This document shows positions 9,457-18,118 of a stretch of 64,000 bases of DNA, in pieces (positions within the stretch are counted from its first letter, which is position 1; each line of letters begins with the position of its first letter). Below the pieces are notes generated by a model that worked only from the letters and a program-made list of their open reading frames with translations, searched no databases and was not told the DNA's origin. The stretch is from a virus (lineage: Duplodnaviria; Heunggongvirae; Uroviricota; Caudoviricetes). The position numbers and the translations under genes were made by a program. Location: positions 82,529-146,528 of the IMG/VR virus record IMGVR_UViG_2909739949_000002; one strand, written 5' to 3'.

Positions 9457-10100
9457 CTAATCCTAACTCAACTTACATTGGTTTAATACTAGATCGTTCA
9501 TATTCTATGCATAGTATTGGGCCCGAACTAGTAGAAAGTTTGAATGGTTATATAGAAGAGCAAAAGAAAGCTGATGGAGAAGCTATTATTTCCATCATGC
9601 AGTTTGATGAACCAGGACAACATGAATATCTAGTAGAGAATGCTAATCTTAAAGAGGTAAGTAAGATTACTGGATATCGACCAAGAGGTAGTACAGCCTT
9701 ATATGATGCCATAATCTACTTCTTTGATAAGACTGGTAAGTATTTAGCCTCTTTAAGAGAAGAAGATAGACCAGCTACAGTAGTTATTACTGTGATGACT
9801 GATGGGGAGAATAACTCTAGTGAGAATACAATACAGAGAGTTAATGAGGTAATCAATCATCAAGTAGATAAATACAACTGGGTGGTTAATTATTTAGGTG
9901 TTAGTGAATTAGGTAAAACAGAAGCCCGTAATATGGGTATTAAGAATGTTATTGCTACTAATTATGCTAGTGCTGAGAGTACAGAAGCTACCTTCAAAAA
10001 TCTTAGTCGAGATACAGTTAAACTAAGATCTCAGAAAGGAAACTATAGTGCAGCAGAATCATTTACTACTAGAAGTGATTACTCTACTGTAGAAGATTAG
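9453..10100 (+). CDS. von Willebrand factor A (vWA) domain protein
   Basis: MIDAS motif ILDRSYSM, GSTALYDAI, VMTDGENNSS. Confidence 0.85.
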   Translation: MTNPNSTYIGLILDRSYSMHSIGPELVESLNGYIEEQKKADGEAIISIMQFDEPGQHEYLVENANLKEVSKITGYRPRGSTALYDAIIYFFDKTGKYLASLREEDRPATVVITVMTDGENNSSENTIQRVNEVINHQVDKYNWVVNYLGVSELGKTEARNMGIKNVIATNYASAESTEATFKNLSRDTVKLRSQKGNYSAAESFTTRSDYSTVED

Positions 10101-10106
10101 ATAATT

Positions 10107-10129
10107 TAGGCGGCTAGATTAGCCGCCTA
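10107..10129. repeat. GGCGGC-N7-GCCGCC hairpin, copy 1
   Basis: TAGGCGGCTA GAT TAGCCGCCTA, intergenic. Confidence 0.85.
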
Positions 10130-10155
10130 GCTTCATTAATTAAGGAAAAATAATC

Positions 10156-10647
10156 ATGAATCTTGAAGAAGCAATTGAGAAGTTAAAGATATTAGGCATT
10201 GATAACTTCAGTGACCAAACTACTCGTGAAGAGTTGAGCCAAGCAAATAAACTAATTAGTGAATTACAACATGCACTTAGATATGCTAAGAGTCATAATA
10301 GAGAAAGGGATTATAACAAAGCATTAGATGGAGTTAAAGATAACTTACCAAATATACAGAAGTGTTTTTCTTTATTAGATTGGCAAATAAGAGAGAATGA
10401 TTTGTATAATGATTACATTGTAATAGAGGGTAGAGATAGTTTAGATCCTCTCCAAGTAAAGTTTTCTGTTAGGATAGAAAACACAATACATCAGAGTATA
10501 TGGACAGGATATATTTACTTTAGTAATTACTGTATATGTAACAGTGATAGTTTTGAGGAGTTAGATGAGCTATTAGATTACTTAGTAGGTTATTGTAAGG
10601 ACTTAGCTAGCATAACTAGATTCGTGGAATCAGAGGCGGCTCGTTAA
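10156..10647 (+). CDS. hypothetical protein
   Basis: ORF track. Confidence 0.65.
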   Translation: MNLEEAIEKLKILGIDNFSDQTTREELSQANKLISELQHALRYAKSHNRERDYNKALDGVKDNLPNIQKCFSLLDWQIRENDLYNDYIVIEGRDSLDPLQVKFSVRIENTIHQSIWTGYIYFSNYCICNSDSFEELDELLDYLVGYCKDLASITRFVESEAAR

Positions 10648-10671
10648 TTAGGTTCAACTCCTAAGGATTCC
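10626..10671 (+). ncRNA. minimal tRNA-like fold (acceptor stem + T arm only)
   Basis: GGAATC/GATTCC pairing; T arm TTAGG-TTCAACT-CCTAA; overlaps end of CDS. Confidence 0.35.
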
Positions 10672-10722
10672 TACATTCTATATCTAGAATGTAATTTACT
10701 GTAACTACTATTTAATTTAACT

Positions 10723-11091
10723 ATGACTAACAATACTGCTGAATTGATTATTGATTTAATCAAAGATGAATTGAGAGATGTTAATCTTCCTCAAGTATTT
10801 AAGGCAGAAGATGGTGCCCGCATAGTATATTATCCCAAAGGTAGTAGTCCAACTACTAAAGGATATACTAATCCAAATGCCACTGAGGTTAGTTTAATTA
10901 GTCCTTCAGGTGCTTTAGTTAAAGTCATTGATTATAATGCTTTATGTAAAGATATTTGGGGAGAGAATCCTAGTGGTACAGGAAAGAATAGTTCTTCTAT
11001 TTGCCATATGAAGAAAGGTACTAGAAGAAGTACTGATGTTCAAGGATGGAGACTAGCTCCAGAAGAAACAGAAGAACTATTTGCAGCATAG
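10723..11091 (+). CDS. hypothetical protein with C-terminal NUMOD1-like DNA-binding motif
   Basis: SSICHMKKGTRRSTDVQGWRL resembles the NUMOD1 helix plus GW signature. Confidence 0.45.
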   Translation: MTNNTAELIIDLIKDELRDVNLPQVFKAEDGARIVYYPKGSSPTTKGYTNPNATEVSLISPSGALVKVIDYNALCKDIWGENPSGTGKNSSSICHMKKGTRRSTDVQGWRLAPEETEELFAA

Positions 11092-11109
11092 TAGTTACAC
11101 ATTTAACAG

Positions 11110-11136
11110 ATAAGGCGGCTAATCTAGCCGCCTTAT
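11110..11136. repeat. GGCGGC-N7-GCCGCC hairpin, copy 2
   Basis: ATAAGGCGGCTA ATC TAGCCGCCTTAT. Confidence 0.85.
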
Positions 11137-11162
11137 TTAATGAACTAATAATCTAACTAACT

Positions 11163-11837
11163 ATGTCAACTATATTAGATAGAGAGTATTACTCCTTAAG
11201 AGAATATGCTCAGACTGAATACAGTAGGGAACTATTAGAAGAAATATATAAGCTTCTAAAGAAAGAGAACGAAACTAATATATTAGCTAGATTACCTATA
11301 TATAACTATGAAAGAGATATATGGGATATAGATTGGGAAGAGATCAATTATGATGAATTGAATATTATTAGTGGTTGGTATGTAACTACTAGTGGAGATT
11401 ATCTTACAGAAGAAGATAGGGATAATCGAATAGAAGAATTAAGAGATAAGATAGATTATCTAGGTGAAGATAGTGAAGAGATATTACAACTAGAAAGTCT
11501 TATAGAAGAAATAGAGAATGCTGAATGGGAACCAGATGAAGTTTATTGGAATGTAGTATGGAGATATAACAATAGAGAACCTGATCTAGATATAGCTATG
11601 AGTATAGGATTAGGAGTACTGGAATATAAAGATGAGGGTTGGATATTCCTTACTGGATGTGGAATGGATCTCTCTCCGAAATTAGCCGCTTATGGAATTC
11701 TTAAGTATAGAGGAGTGAGTGAGGAAGATACTAGACACTTTAGAAATAAAAACAGTATAGATTATTTCAAGCATATCGTTGGAGAAATAATCTTCAATAA
11801 AGTAGTAGATATATTAAATATTAAAGATCTTATTTAG
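11163..11837 (+). CDS. acidic phage hypothetical protein
   Basis: ORF track, 224 aa. Confidence 0.65.
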   Translation: MSTILDREYYSLREYAQTEYSRELLEEIYKLLKKENETNILARLPIYNYERDIWDIDWEEINYDELNIISGWYVTTSGDYLTEEDRDNRIEELRDKIDYLGEDSEEILQLESLIEEIENAEWEPDEVYWNVVWRYNNREPDLDIAMSIGLGVLEYKDEGWIFLTGCGMDLSPKLAAYGILKYRGVSEEDTRHFRNKNSIDYFKHIVGEIIFNKVVDILNIKDLI

Positions 11838-11842
11838 AGAAA

Positions 11843-11866
11843 TAGTAGGGAGCTAGCTCCCTACTA
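11843..11866. terminator. perfect 24-bp palindrome between convergent genes; probable bidirectional terminator
   Basis: TAGTAGGGAGCT|AGCTCCCTACTA. Confidence 0.6.
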
Positions 11867-11876
11867 AAGACAATAA

Positions 11877-12995
11877 TCACAATACTTTAATTATAAAATT
11901 AATAACTAAGAATGGTTGCATATTATTATGACTTTGATTACCTCCAGTACTAGCTACATCTAGAAAGTGAGTATGGGTTCCATTCAAACCTATAGCTATT
12001 CCTGTATTAGAAGGTAATATAGCATCTTGTCTAATAGTATTGTTATAACCTCTATCTGTATTATTAACTAGAAAGTTCCCAGGCCCTTGGGTGTCATCTG
12101 TAGTAGCAGCAGGATTGATTTGATGGGTATGTCCTGGATCTATTACTGTGTGTCCATGATCTCCATTTGATGTAGTGCTACCAGTGTGGACATGGCTAGG
12201 CATCTCATTAGTAGTAAGGGTATGTTTCTCTGCACCACCTTGCATACCTAGAGTATAAGTAGTAGTACCACTATTACCTGTTCCCATTGGAACTCTATAA
12301 GAAAGATTAGGTAGATTAAAAGTTGTACTACCATCTCCAGTACCATAAGTAGTACCGATTAAAGTAAATAAGGCGGCATAACTAGTTCTACTAACAGCTT
12401 GACCATTAGCAATAAGCCAATTAGTATCTGGGGCACCACTAGCAGCGTAAGGAAGTATTGTTCCTAATGGAACTGATACTGCTTTAACAAATGCTGTAGT
12501 AGCAATAGTAGTATCATTGCTGGTAGATGGAGGAGTTGGTGCTTTAGGTATACCAACGAATGTTGGACTGTCTAGATTAGCTTTAATGGCACCTAAAGAA
12601 GTAATAGCTTGATTAATTGCAGCAAGACTATTAGTTAGAGTGGTTACACTAGCTTCTAAATCAGTAGCTCTATCTTCTAGATCAGCTATATCAGCTACTA
12701 TATCAGCTATATCAGCTAGTATCTCATTTCTAAGTGTAGTAATAAGAGAATTAAGTTCACCTTCACCAAAAATATCATCTCTTAAAGTATCTAATTCAGT
12801 AGTTAAAGTTTCACAGCATTCTTCTAGATCAGTGATAAAAGAGAATTCATGAACTACATCTTCTAGATCATAAATAGTAGATGCTGGTTGTGTTCCAGTA
12901 TGGTTTGAGCGTTCAGTAACCGCATCTAGATTACTGTCATAGATGGCGCAGGTCAAAGGTTGGTTAGTCTGACTTCGTTTAATTATTTGAGTCAT
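11877..12995 (-). CDS. tail fibre protein with tail-collar domain (strand corrected to minus)
   Basis: ATG is the reverse complement of CAT 12993-12995 and TGA of TCA 11877-11879. Coiled coil, KANLDSPTFVG..APTP..IATTAFV repeat, collar VPLGTILPYA...NGQAVSRTSYAALF...TTFNLP, four HxH motifs, HNNMQPFLVINFIIK C-terminus. Confidence 0.85.
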   Translation of the reverse strand: MTQIIKRSQTNQPLTCAIYDSNLDAVTERSNHTGTQPASTIYDLEDVVHEFSFITDLEECCETLTTELDTLRDDIFGEGELNSLITTLRNEILADIADIVADIADLEDRATDLEASVTTLTNSLAAINQAITSLGAIKANLDSPTFVGIPKAPTPPSTSNDTTIATTAFVKAVSVPLGTILPYAASGAPDTNWLIANGQAVSRTSYAALFTLIGTTYGTGDGSTTFNLPNLSYRVPMGTGNSGTTTYTLGMQGGAEKHTLTTNEMPSHVHTGSTTSNGDHGHTVIDPGHTHQINPAATTDDTQGPGNFLVNNTDRGYNNTIRQDAILPSNTGIAIGLNGTHTHFLDVASTGGNQSHNNMQPFLVINFIIKVL

Positions 12996-13083
12996 ATATA
13001 ATTTATATATCTATCTTATTGAATACTAATTTCTCATATACTCTACTAGAGTAAATAGCATACTTACTGGGTATGTTTCTACT

Positions 13084-13788
13084 ATGAGAAATAAAAGAAA
13101 GGTTCAGACTGCGAGTGAAGCAACGAATCAGGCAGTAGGAAAGATACAAACTACTGTGCTAATTAGACCGCAGAATGCTAATCAGGAGAGATATGTACAT
13201 AGTATTAAGAACAATCTAATTACTATTGGGATAGGCCCTGCTGGTACAGGGAGGAGTTTATTAGCTTTATATGAAGGGTGTCGATTAATTAATAATAGTA
13301 ACTCAGATATAGAGAAAATAATCTACCTGCGAGCTAATGTAGGAATGGAAGAAGAGAAGTCCTTGGGGGCGCTACCTGGAATGTTATCCGATAAGGTAGC
13401 GCCTCTTGCTTATCCAGTATTAGATTCTCTAATACAATTCATGGGTGAGGGGCAAGCTAAATATCTAGTAGAAACAGGTAAGATTGAAGTACTTCCTATA
13501 GCTATGGTAAGAGGTAGAAGCTTTGCTAATAGATTTATCATCTGTGATGAGTGTCAATCATGCAGCCCCCATATGATTAAGACTATTCTTACTAGAATTA
13601 GTTATGGTTCTAAGATGGTATTATGTGGTGACCATTCTCAAAGGGATACTAGTAGATATAGTGATGGATTATTAGATGCAATAAATAGATTAGGCGGGTT
13701 GGATGATATAGGAATAGTTAGGTTTAATAGAAATGATGTAGTAAGGCATCCTATTATTCAACACATTCTCAGTAGGTACGAAAGTTAG
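13084..13788 (+). CDS. phoH: PhoH-like ATPase
   Basis: GPAGTG(R)S, GALPG, MVRGRSF, ICDECQ, CGDHSQRD, DVVRHP. Confidence 0.92.
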   Translation: MRNKRKVQTASEATNQAVGKIQTTVLIRPQNANQERYVHSIKNNLITIGIGPAGTGRSLLALYEGCRLINNSNSDIEKIIYLRANVGMEEEKSLGALPGMLSDKVAPLAYPVLDSLIQFMGEGQAKYLVETGKIEVLPIAMVRGRSFANRFIICDECQSCSPHMIKTILTRISYGSKMVLCGDHSQRDTSRYSDGLLDAINRLGGLDDIGIVRFNRNDVVRHPIIQHILSRYES

Positions 13789-14011
13789 TTAGTATTCCAT
13801 TAAGGGCGGCTAATTTACCTATTGCAGAAGAAAAGAAAAGCTTTGTAAAATTATGCCGCCCTCTCTTATTAAAGTAAGCTATGTATACACTTAACTCCTT
13901 AGCTAACTCTTCTTTCTCATAGGAGTTCATATGTTTAATATCTGCTCCAGTCATAGACATTAATTCTAGAAATCTATCTTTCTCAATATCAGAAAAAGTA
14001 ACATTAGACAT
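13769..14011 (-). CDS. small hypothetical protein
   Basis: GAGGT SD upstream on minus strand; convergent with phoH. Confidence 0.55.
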   Translation of the reverse strand: MSNVTFSDIEKDRFLELMSMTGADIKHMNSYEKEELAKELSVYIAYFNKRGRHNFTKLFFSSAIGKLAALNGILTNFRTY

Positions 14012-14052
14012 TGACTTTTACCTCATAAATATGATTGGATTATAGTATATTG

Positions 14053-14581
14053 TGACTCCCTTTGCTACATATATATCTAAGAAAACAGATATCGTAGCCC
14101 TAGTAATCTATTATGGAGTAAGTAGTGATTGACTTATGAAATAATAGGTTCCTGTCCTTAATTTAAGATGGGACAAACCCATCCTCTAGATTAAATCGAC
14201 AGGTGGTGACTCAGTGATACGGATACTTCATAGTAAAACTCTACAAGTGAGTTTCAAACCCTAAAAGTAAAAGATGAGATTAAACAAATACATAAAAGTT
14301 TGTGTTTACTAGTTATTCTAATAGTTTCTAATTAAAAGTTTTTCTAACAGGGATTTGATACCGAGGGCGCAAGCCTTTACTTGTACCGCGACCCCCACGC
14401 GAGAATTACTTCGTTGAAATAAGTTAGTAACCTTAATCAGGTGAAAGTCTTATTGAGGAGGAAAGAAACTGGGGGAGGGGAAGGAGGTTACTATAAGCAA
14501 CGGCTCATCTAGATTACCAATTAGGGGGAGGAGCAATGAAAAATAGACCATCTCTATAAAGTAGATGGCTGAGTCTACCAC
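14053..14581 (+). ncRNA. unidentified large structured RNA candidate (strand inferred)
   Basis: ORF-free, GC-elevated; nested helices, GNRA loop, long-range 12-bp helix and potential pseudoknot; followed by strong hairpin 14631-14669. Confidence 0.5.
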
Positions 14582-14630
14582 AAATATTATTAATAAGTCA
14601 ATAATTAAAGTAATTTAAAAGTTAAATAAA

Positions 14631-14669
14631 TATTAAAACAGGCGGCTAGTTATGCCGCCTGTTTTAATA
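14631..14669. repeat. GGCGGC-N7-GCCGCC hairpin, copy 3 (16-bp stem, terminator-like)
   Basis: TATTAAAACAGGCGGC TAGTTAT GCCGCCTGTTTTAATA. Confidence 0.85.
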
Positions 14670-14697
14670 AGGAGATAATTTAACTAAGGATAGTCAA

Positions 14698-15093
14698 ATG
14701 GAATTAACAAATGAAGATATAACAAATAAAATAGCAGAATTATTAAAATCTCTTTCTGCTAATGGATTAATTAATATTACTTCTCATAGAAAGATAGAGC
14801 AAGCGCTACTTATTAAAAGTGGATTTCATAATATATGCTTCCATATGTTTAGGGATGAAAATTTTGATAGGGAGGAGAAAGTAGAAGAAAGTAAACCTGG
14901 ACAATTCTATTTAGAAGGGGACTATATAATATTTCATCATAGTAATTGGAAAAAATATTACTATAACCGATTATATATAGCATGGTCTCTTAATAACCAA
15001 GTTGCATTAGATATTGAAGTTATCCCCAAAGGAAAAATAGAAGTCAAGATAATCGGAAATAATAAGAATTATAAGTTTGAAGTAGTGGATTAA
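14698..15093 (+). CDS. family B paralog 1 (hypothetical)
   Basis: RKIEQALLIKSGF...EGDYII..SNW..YY.N shared with 15637 and 30039. Confidence 0.7.
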   Translation: MELTNEDITNKIAELLKSLSANGLINITSHRKIEQALLIKSGFHNICFHMFRDENFDREEKVEESKPGQFYLEGDYIIFHHSNWKKYYYNRLYIAWSLNNQVALDIEVIPKGKIEVKIIGNNKNYKFEVVD

Positions 15094-15097
15094 ATTT

Positions 15098-15652
15098 ATG
15101 GGAAGAAATAAAACAGGTAGATGGTGGAGCAGTAGATCAGATGAGCACGAGTATGATGAACCTAATGGGAGTGGTTTTGTCAGATGCGATTATGACCAAG
15201 ATGGAAACTTAATGGGATACGAACATGCTGACTTGGGTAGTGATAGAGAAAGTAAAGGTTTTCTTTTGAGATTTAGAGAGTGGATATTTAAAAAGAATAG
15301 CTTTAAGGCAGATATGAAATTTACTCCTCAAAGATATCCTAAAGTAGAAGTAACAGAAGAAGGATTAATTGAAAGAAGGCATACTTATTCCTATGTAACA
15401 GCAGGGGATGACATATATGACTGTGTAGAAGAGATAGATACCTATGAGTTAGATGAGAATGAAGATTGGGAAACCTTCCTAAACAGGGAGAAAGGAAGAC
15501 CCCATATCAGAAATTGGGAAGAAAAAGATCTAGCAGAAGATATAAATATAGACTATCCTTTATCTGAACAAGATGAATTAATAGATAGATATGGAGCTCA
15601 AGCTTACTTTTTGGATGAAAATGGAGAGCCTTTAGAATGGGAAGAAGAATAA
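15098..15652 (+). CDS. family A paralog 1 (acidic hypothetical)
   Basis: MGRNK.G, EYDEPN, RCDYDQ, YVTAGDDIYDC, EQD.L.DRYG motifs. Confidence 0.7.
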   Translation: MGRNKTGRWWSSRSDEHEYDEPNGSGFVRCDYDQDGNLMGYEHADLGSDRESKGFLLRFREWIFKKNSFKADMKFTPQRYPKVEVTEEGLIERRHTYSYVTAGDDIYDCVEEIDTYELDENEDWETFLNREKGRPHIRNWEEKDLAEDINIDYPLSEQDELIDRYGAQAYFLDENGEPLEWEEE

Positions 15653-16146
15653 AGTTATCATCTCCTTTAGATTTCGATAGGAGAAAGGAGATAAATTTAC
15701 CTATCTTTGAATTACTAAACTCTATTCTAGAGAAGAAACCCCTACATGAAGTCAAATTAGGACATAGATCTTATGTAAGGAATCTAGAGCAATCTCTCTT
15801 AGTTGAGAGTGGATTACATCAAATGAGTATTCTGATATCTAGAGATTTTTCTAAAGATAAACAAGAACTTACTAAGATAGAAATAGAGGGTAAGAGCTAT
15901 ATAGAAGGAGACTATGTAGTAACTTGCTATAGAAGTGGGGAAGATAAGTATCTTAGATATTTCCATAACAAATTTGATTTAACATGGATGCCTAACCCTC
16001 TAGTTAAAGGCAACAATTACTCAGAAGAAGAATGGTTTTATTACAGAATCAAATCAGTAGAAGGTAAATTAATAGGAAGGCATGATTACAAAAAAGAAGA
16101 TGAGGGTAAATATATTCTGAAGCTGACTACTGATTGGTATAAATAA
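15637..16146 (+). CDS. family B paralog 2 (hypothetical)
   Basis: RNLEQSLLVESGL...EGDYVV...YFHNKFDLTW. Confidence 0.7.
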   Translation: MGRRIKLSSPLDFDRRKEINLPIFELLNSILEKKPLHEVKLGHRSYVRNLEQSLLVESGLHQMSILISRDFSKDKQELTKIEIEGKSYIEGDYVVTCYRSGEDKYLRYFHNKFDLTWMPNPLVKGNNYSEEEWFYYRIKSVEGKLIGRHDYKKEDEGKYILKLTTDWYK

Positions 16147-16150
16147 TTAG

Positions 16151-16177
16151 ATTAGGCGGCTAGTTGTGCCGCCTAAT
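16151..16177. repeat. GGCGGC-N7-GCCGCC hairpin, copy 4
   Basis: ATTAGGCGGC TAGTTGT GCCGCCTAAT. Confidence 0.85.
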
Positions 16178-16204
16178 ACATTTCAATATACAGGTAAACA
16201 AACA

Positions 16205-17857
16205 ATGGATAGATACATCTACAATTACAATAGAGAACTAGGTATTGCTTCTATTGAAGATAGAATTAGTGGCATCAGGGTATTAACTATTCTATATAAC
16301 AATGAGATACCTGAACTAAAGAGAGCTACTTACATGGCTTATCTGGCAGCTAGATATAGTAGAAGTGATCTTTCTATTGCAGATATAGCTGGTGATGTAT
16401 TAGCTAAAGGTAAATTTACAAATTCTATGAGGACTATAGTTCATAACTATGGTCATAGTTCGGTAGCAGATTTAGGTAATGTTTTAGTTTGTATAGAAGA
16501 GGTGCCGGGATTTGTAGCTGATAGATTCTTCTATACTAATTACTGCGTAGCTGGTCAACAGAGAAGTAGTAGATATCAAGACTTTAGTAAAGCTAAATGG
16601 GCGGCTTGGGATGTATCTCTGTTTAACTATCTTAAGAATAATAATTCTACTGAATTAGAACTAGAATACGATTCCATAATGAGGGAGAGTATAGAGAACT
16701 ATACAGAAAGTATTGAAGTAACTAAAGATCACCTAGCAGATATGTTCTCTATTGATAGAAACCTATCTAGTACAAGGGGAGTATTAAATTCTAGAAGTTT
16801 AGACTGTAGTAGATTCCTATTACCTATAGGAGCTAATAGTTCTTTTGCTGCTCTTATGTCATTGCGTAATTGGTCTACTTACATAAGACAATGTAAGGGA
16901 TCTAGTAGCTATGTAGAAAGACAAATAGGTGAAATGTTACTAGATCTACTAAAAGGTAATGAGGAATTAAGTAAGTTAGGGTATGTACCTGAAGGTGATG
17001 TACTTATTAGACATACAGATCCAGTTTACTTTGAAGAAGAAGTAGTTTATCAACTAATAGAAGTTCTTAGGGGACATAGAAAAGATAACTTTAATGTATC
17101 TTTATTTGTAGAAGATATGTGGAGCCTAGTTACATCTCCTAATGTTTACACTAGTTGGAACGGTACACATAATGATCTATTAGAGAAGCTACATTTACTA
17201 GATAATCCAATAGACTTTCCTGATATAGATGACTATGTTGATGGGAGAAATGAAGACGCGCTTCTTAAAGAATTAAGCGAGATATTATTTTCTTCTTATA
17301 GTCAATACAACACTATGGGAGATATAGGAATAAGCGGCGCTATTGCTATAGATGGTATGGCTGATATGGGTTCTTTAAGAGATTTAGTTAGACATAGGAG
17401 TCTAAATAAATTCATACCTCTATATAACAATAACGTTAATTTCTTAAATGAATTACGTAGGGAAGAGAGTTTATGTTATCTATTGCCTGCTTATACTCAA
17501 GGTAATCCTGCTTTTAGAAAGTGGTATACAGATAGACTAAACAATACCTATAAAAGAATAAAAGATTGGGTTAGTAAGGCTAGTAATCAAGGAATAGATG
17601 ACAGGATAGTAATGGAATATGGTAGATATCTACTACCATTTGCTCATTGTACTTTCTATAGATTCTATGGTGATATGGATAAGTTTAATTACACTATCCG
17701 TACTAGGGTTAGAAATGGTGGACATATTAACTATAGATTGCTAGTTTATAAATGGTTAAAAAGTCTAGCTAACTCAGATAAGATATGGGGTTATTTATTA
17801 GATGTAATAGATGAACCTAATATTTTATCTGAACATGAGTTTCTAGATAGAAGTTAG
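16205..17857 (+). CDS. thyX: flavin-dependent thymidylate synthase, tandem-domain type
   Basis: ARYSRS, YGHSSVAD, QQRSSRYQDF, SRFLLP, DLVRHRS, RYLLP; track GTG at 16166 lies inside the hairpin, so ATG 16205 is preferred. Confidence 0.88.
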   Translation: MDRYIYNYNRELGIASIEDRISGIRVLTILYNNEIPELKRATYMAYLAARYSRSDLSIADIAGDVLAKGKFTNSMRTIVHNYGHSSVADLGNVLVCIEEVPGFVADRFFYTNYCVAGQQRSSRYQDFSKAKWAAWDVSLFNYLKNNNSTELELEYDSIMRESIENYTESIEVTKDHLADMFSIDRNLSSTRGVLNSRSLDCSRFLLPIGANSSFAALMSLRNWSTYIRQCKGSSSYVERQIGEMLLDLLKGNEELSKLGYVPEGDVLIRHTDPVYFEEEVVYQLIEVLRGHRKDNFNVSLFVEDMWSLVTSPNVYTSWNGTHNDLLEKLHLLDNPIDFPDIDDYVDGRNEDALLKELSEILFSSYSQYNTMGDIGISGAIAIDGMADMGSLRDLVRHRSLNKFIPLYNNNVNFLNELRREESLCYLLPAYTQGNPAFRKWYTDRLNNTYKRIKDWVSKASNQGIDDRIVMEYGRYLLPFAHCTFYRFYGDMDKFNYTIRTRVRNGGHINYRLLVYKWLKSLANSDKIWGYLLDVIDEPNILSEHEFLDRS

Positions 17858-17868
17858 ATATTAAATAG

Positions 17869-17903
17869 ATAGATTCCTAGTGTAGTATTCATTAGGAATC
17901 TAT
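17869..17903 (+). terminator. inverted repeat after thyX
   Basis: ATAGATTCCTAGTG / CATTAGGAATCTAT. Confidence 0.5.
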
Positions 17904-17917
17904 TAGATAGGAGATAT

Positions 17918-18118
17918 ATGGAACAAGATTTAATTAATGAATTAAATAGAAGAGAGAGAAACTATTCACTGTTAAATATATTGAATAAAGGTATATGTCC
18001 TAGTTGTAATACAAGAAGTATAGAAGTATTAGTTAATGGAAATTGGTCATGTCCTGAATGTAAAAGAGTATATTACAGTAATTATGAAGTAAGAGGTAAG
18101 AATGTCAAAAAGAAATAA
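17918..18118 (+). CDS. zinc-ribbon protein
   Basis: CPSC...CPEC; AGGAG upstream. Confidence 0.65.
   Translation: MEQDLINELNRRERNYSLLNILNKGICPSCNTRSIEVLVNGNWSCPECKRVYYSNYEVRGKNVKKK

Noticed and set aside
12640-12852. 70-aa plus-strand ORF
   Set aside because: Antisense shadow of the fibre coiled-coil repeats
11877-12995. ORF-track strand label '+' for the 372-aa fibre protein
   Set aside because: The given protein is encoded by the reverse complement (CAT at 12993-12995, TCA at 11877-11879), so it is a minus-strand gene
13804-13861. GGGCGGC...GCCGCCC pair inside ORF 13769-14011
   Set aside because: The spacer is about 44 nt rather than 7 and the site is coding, so it is not counted as a family member
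14053-14581. tmRNA, RNase P or group II intron identity for the structured interval
   Set aside because: TCGACAGG, GAGGAAAG and GGTGAAAGTC fragments are present, but there is no tRNA-like domain or tag ORF, no GAGGAAAGTCC with CR-V, and no domain V
16166-16204. GTG start for thyX
   Set aside because: Lies inside hairpin copy 4; ATG 16205 is more plausible
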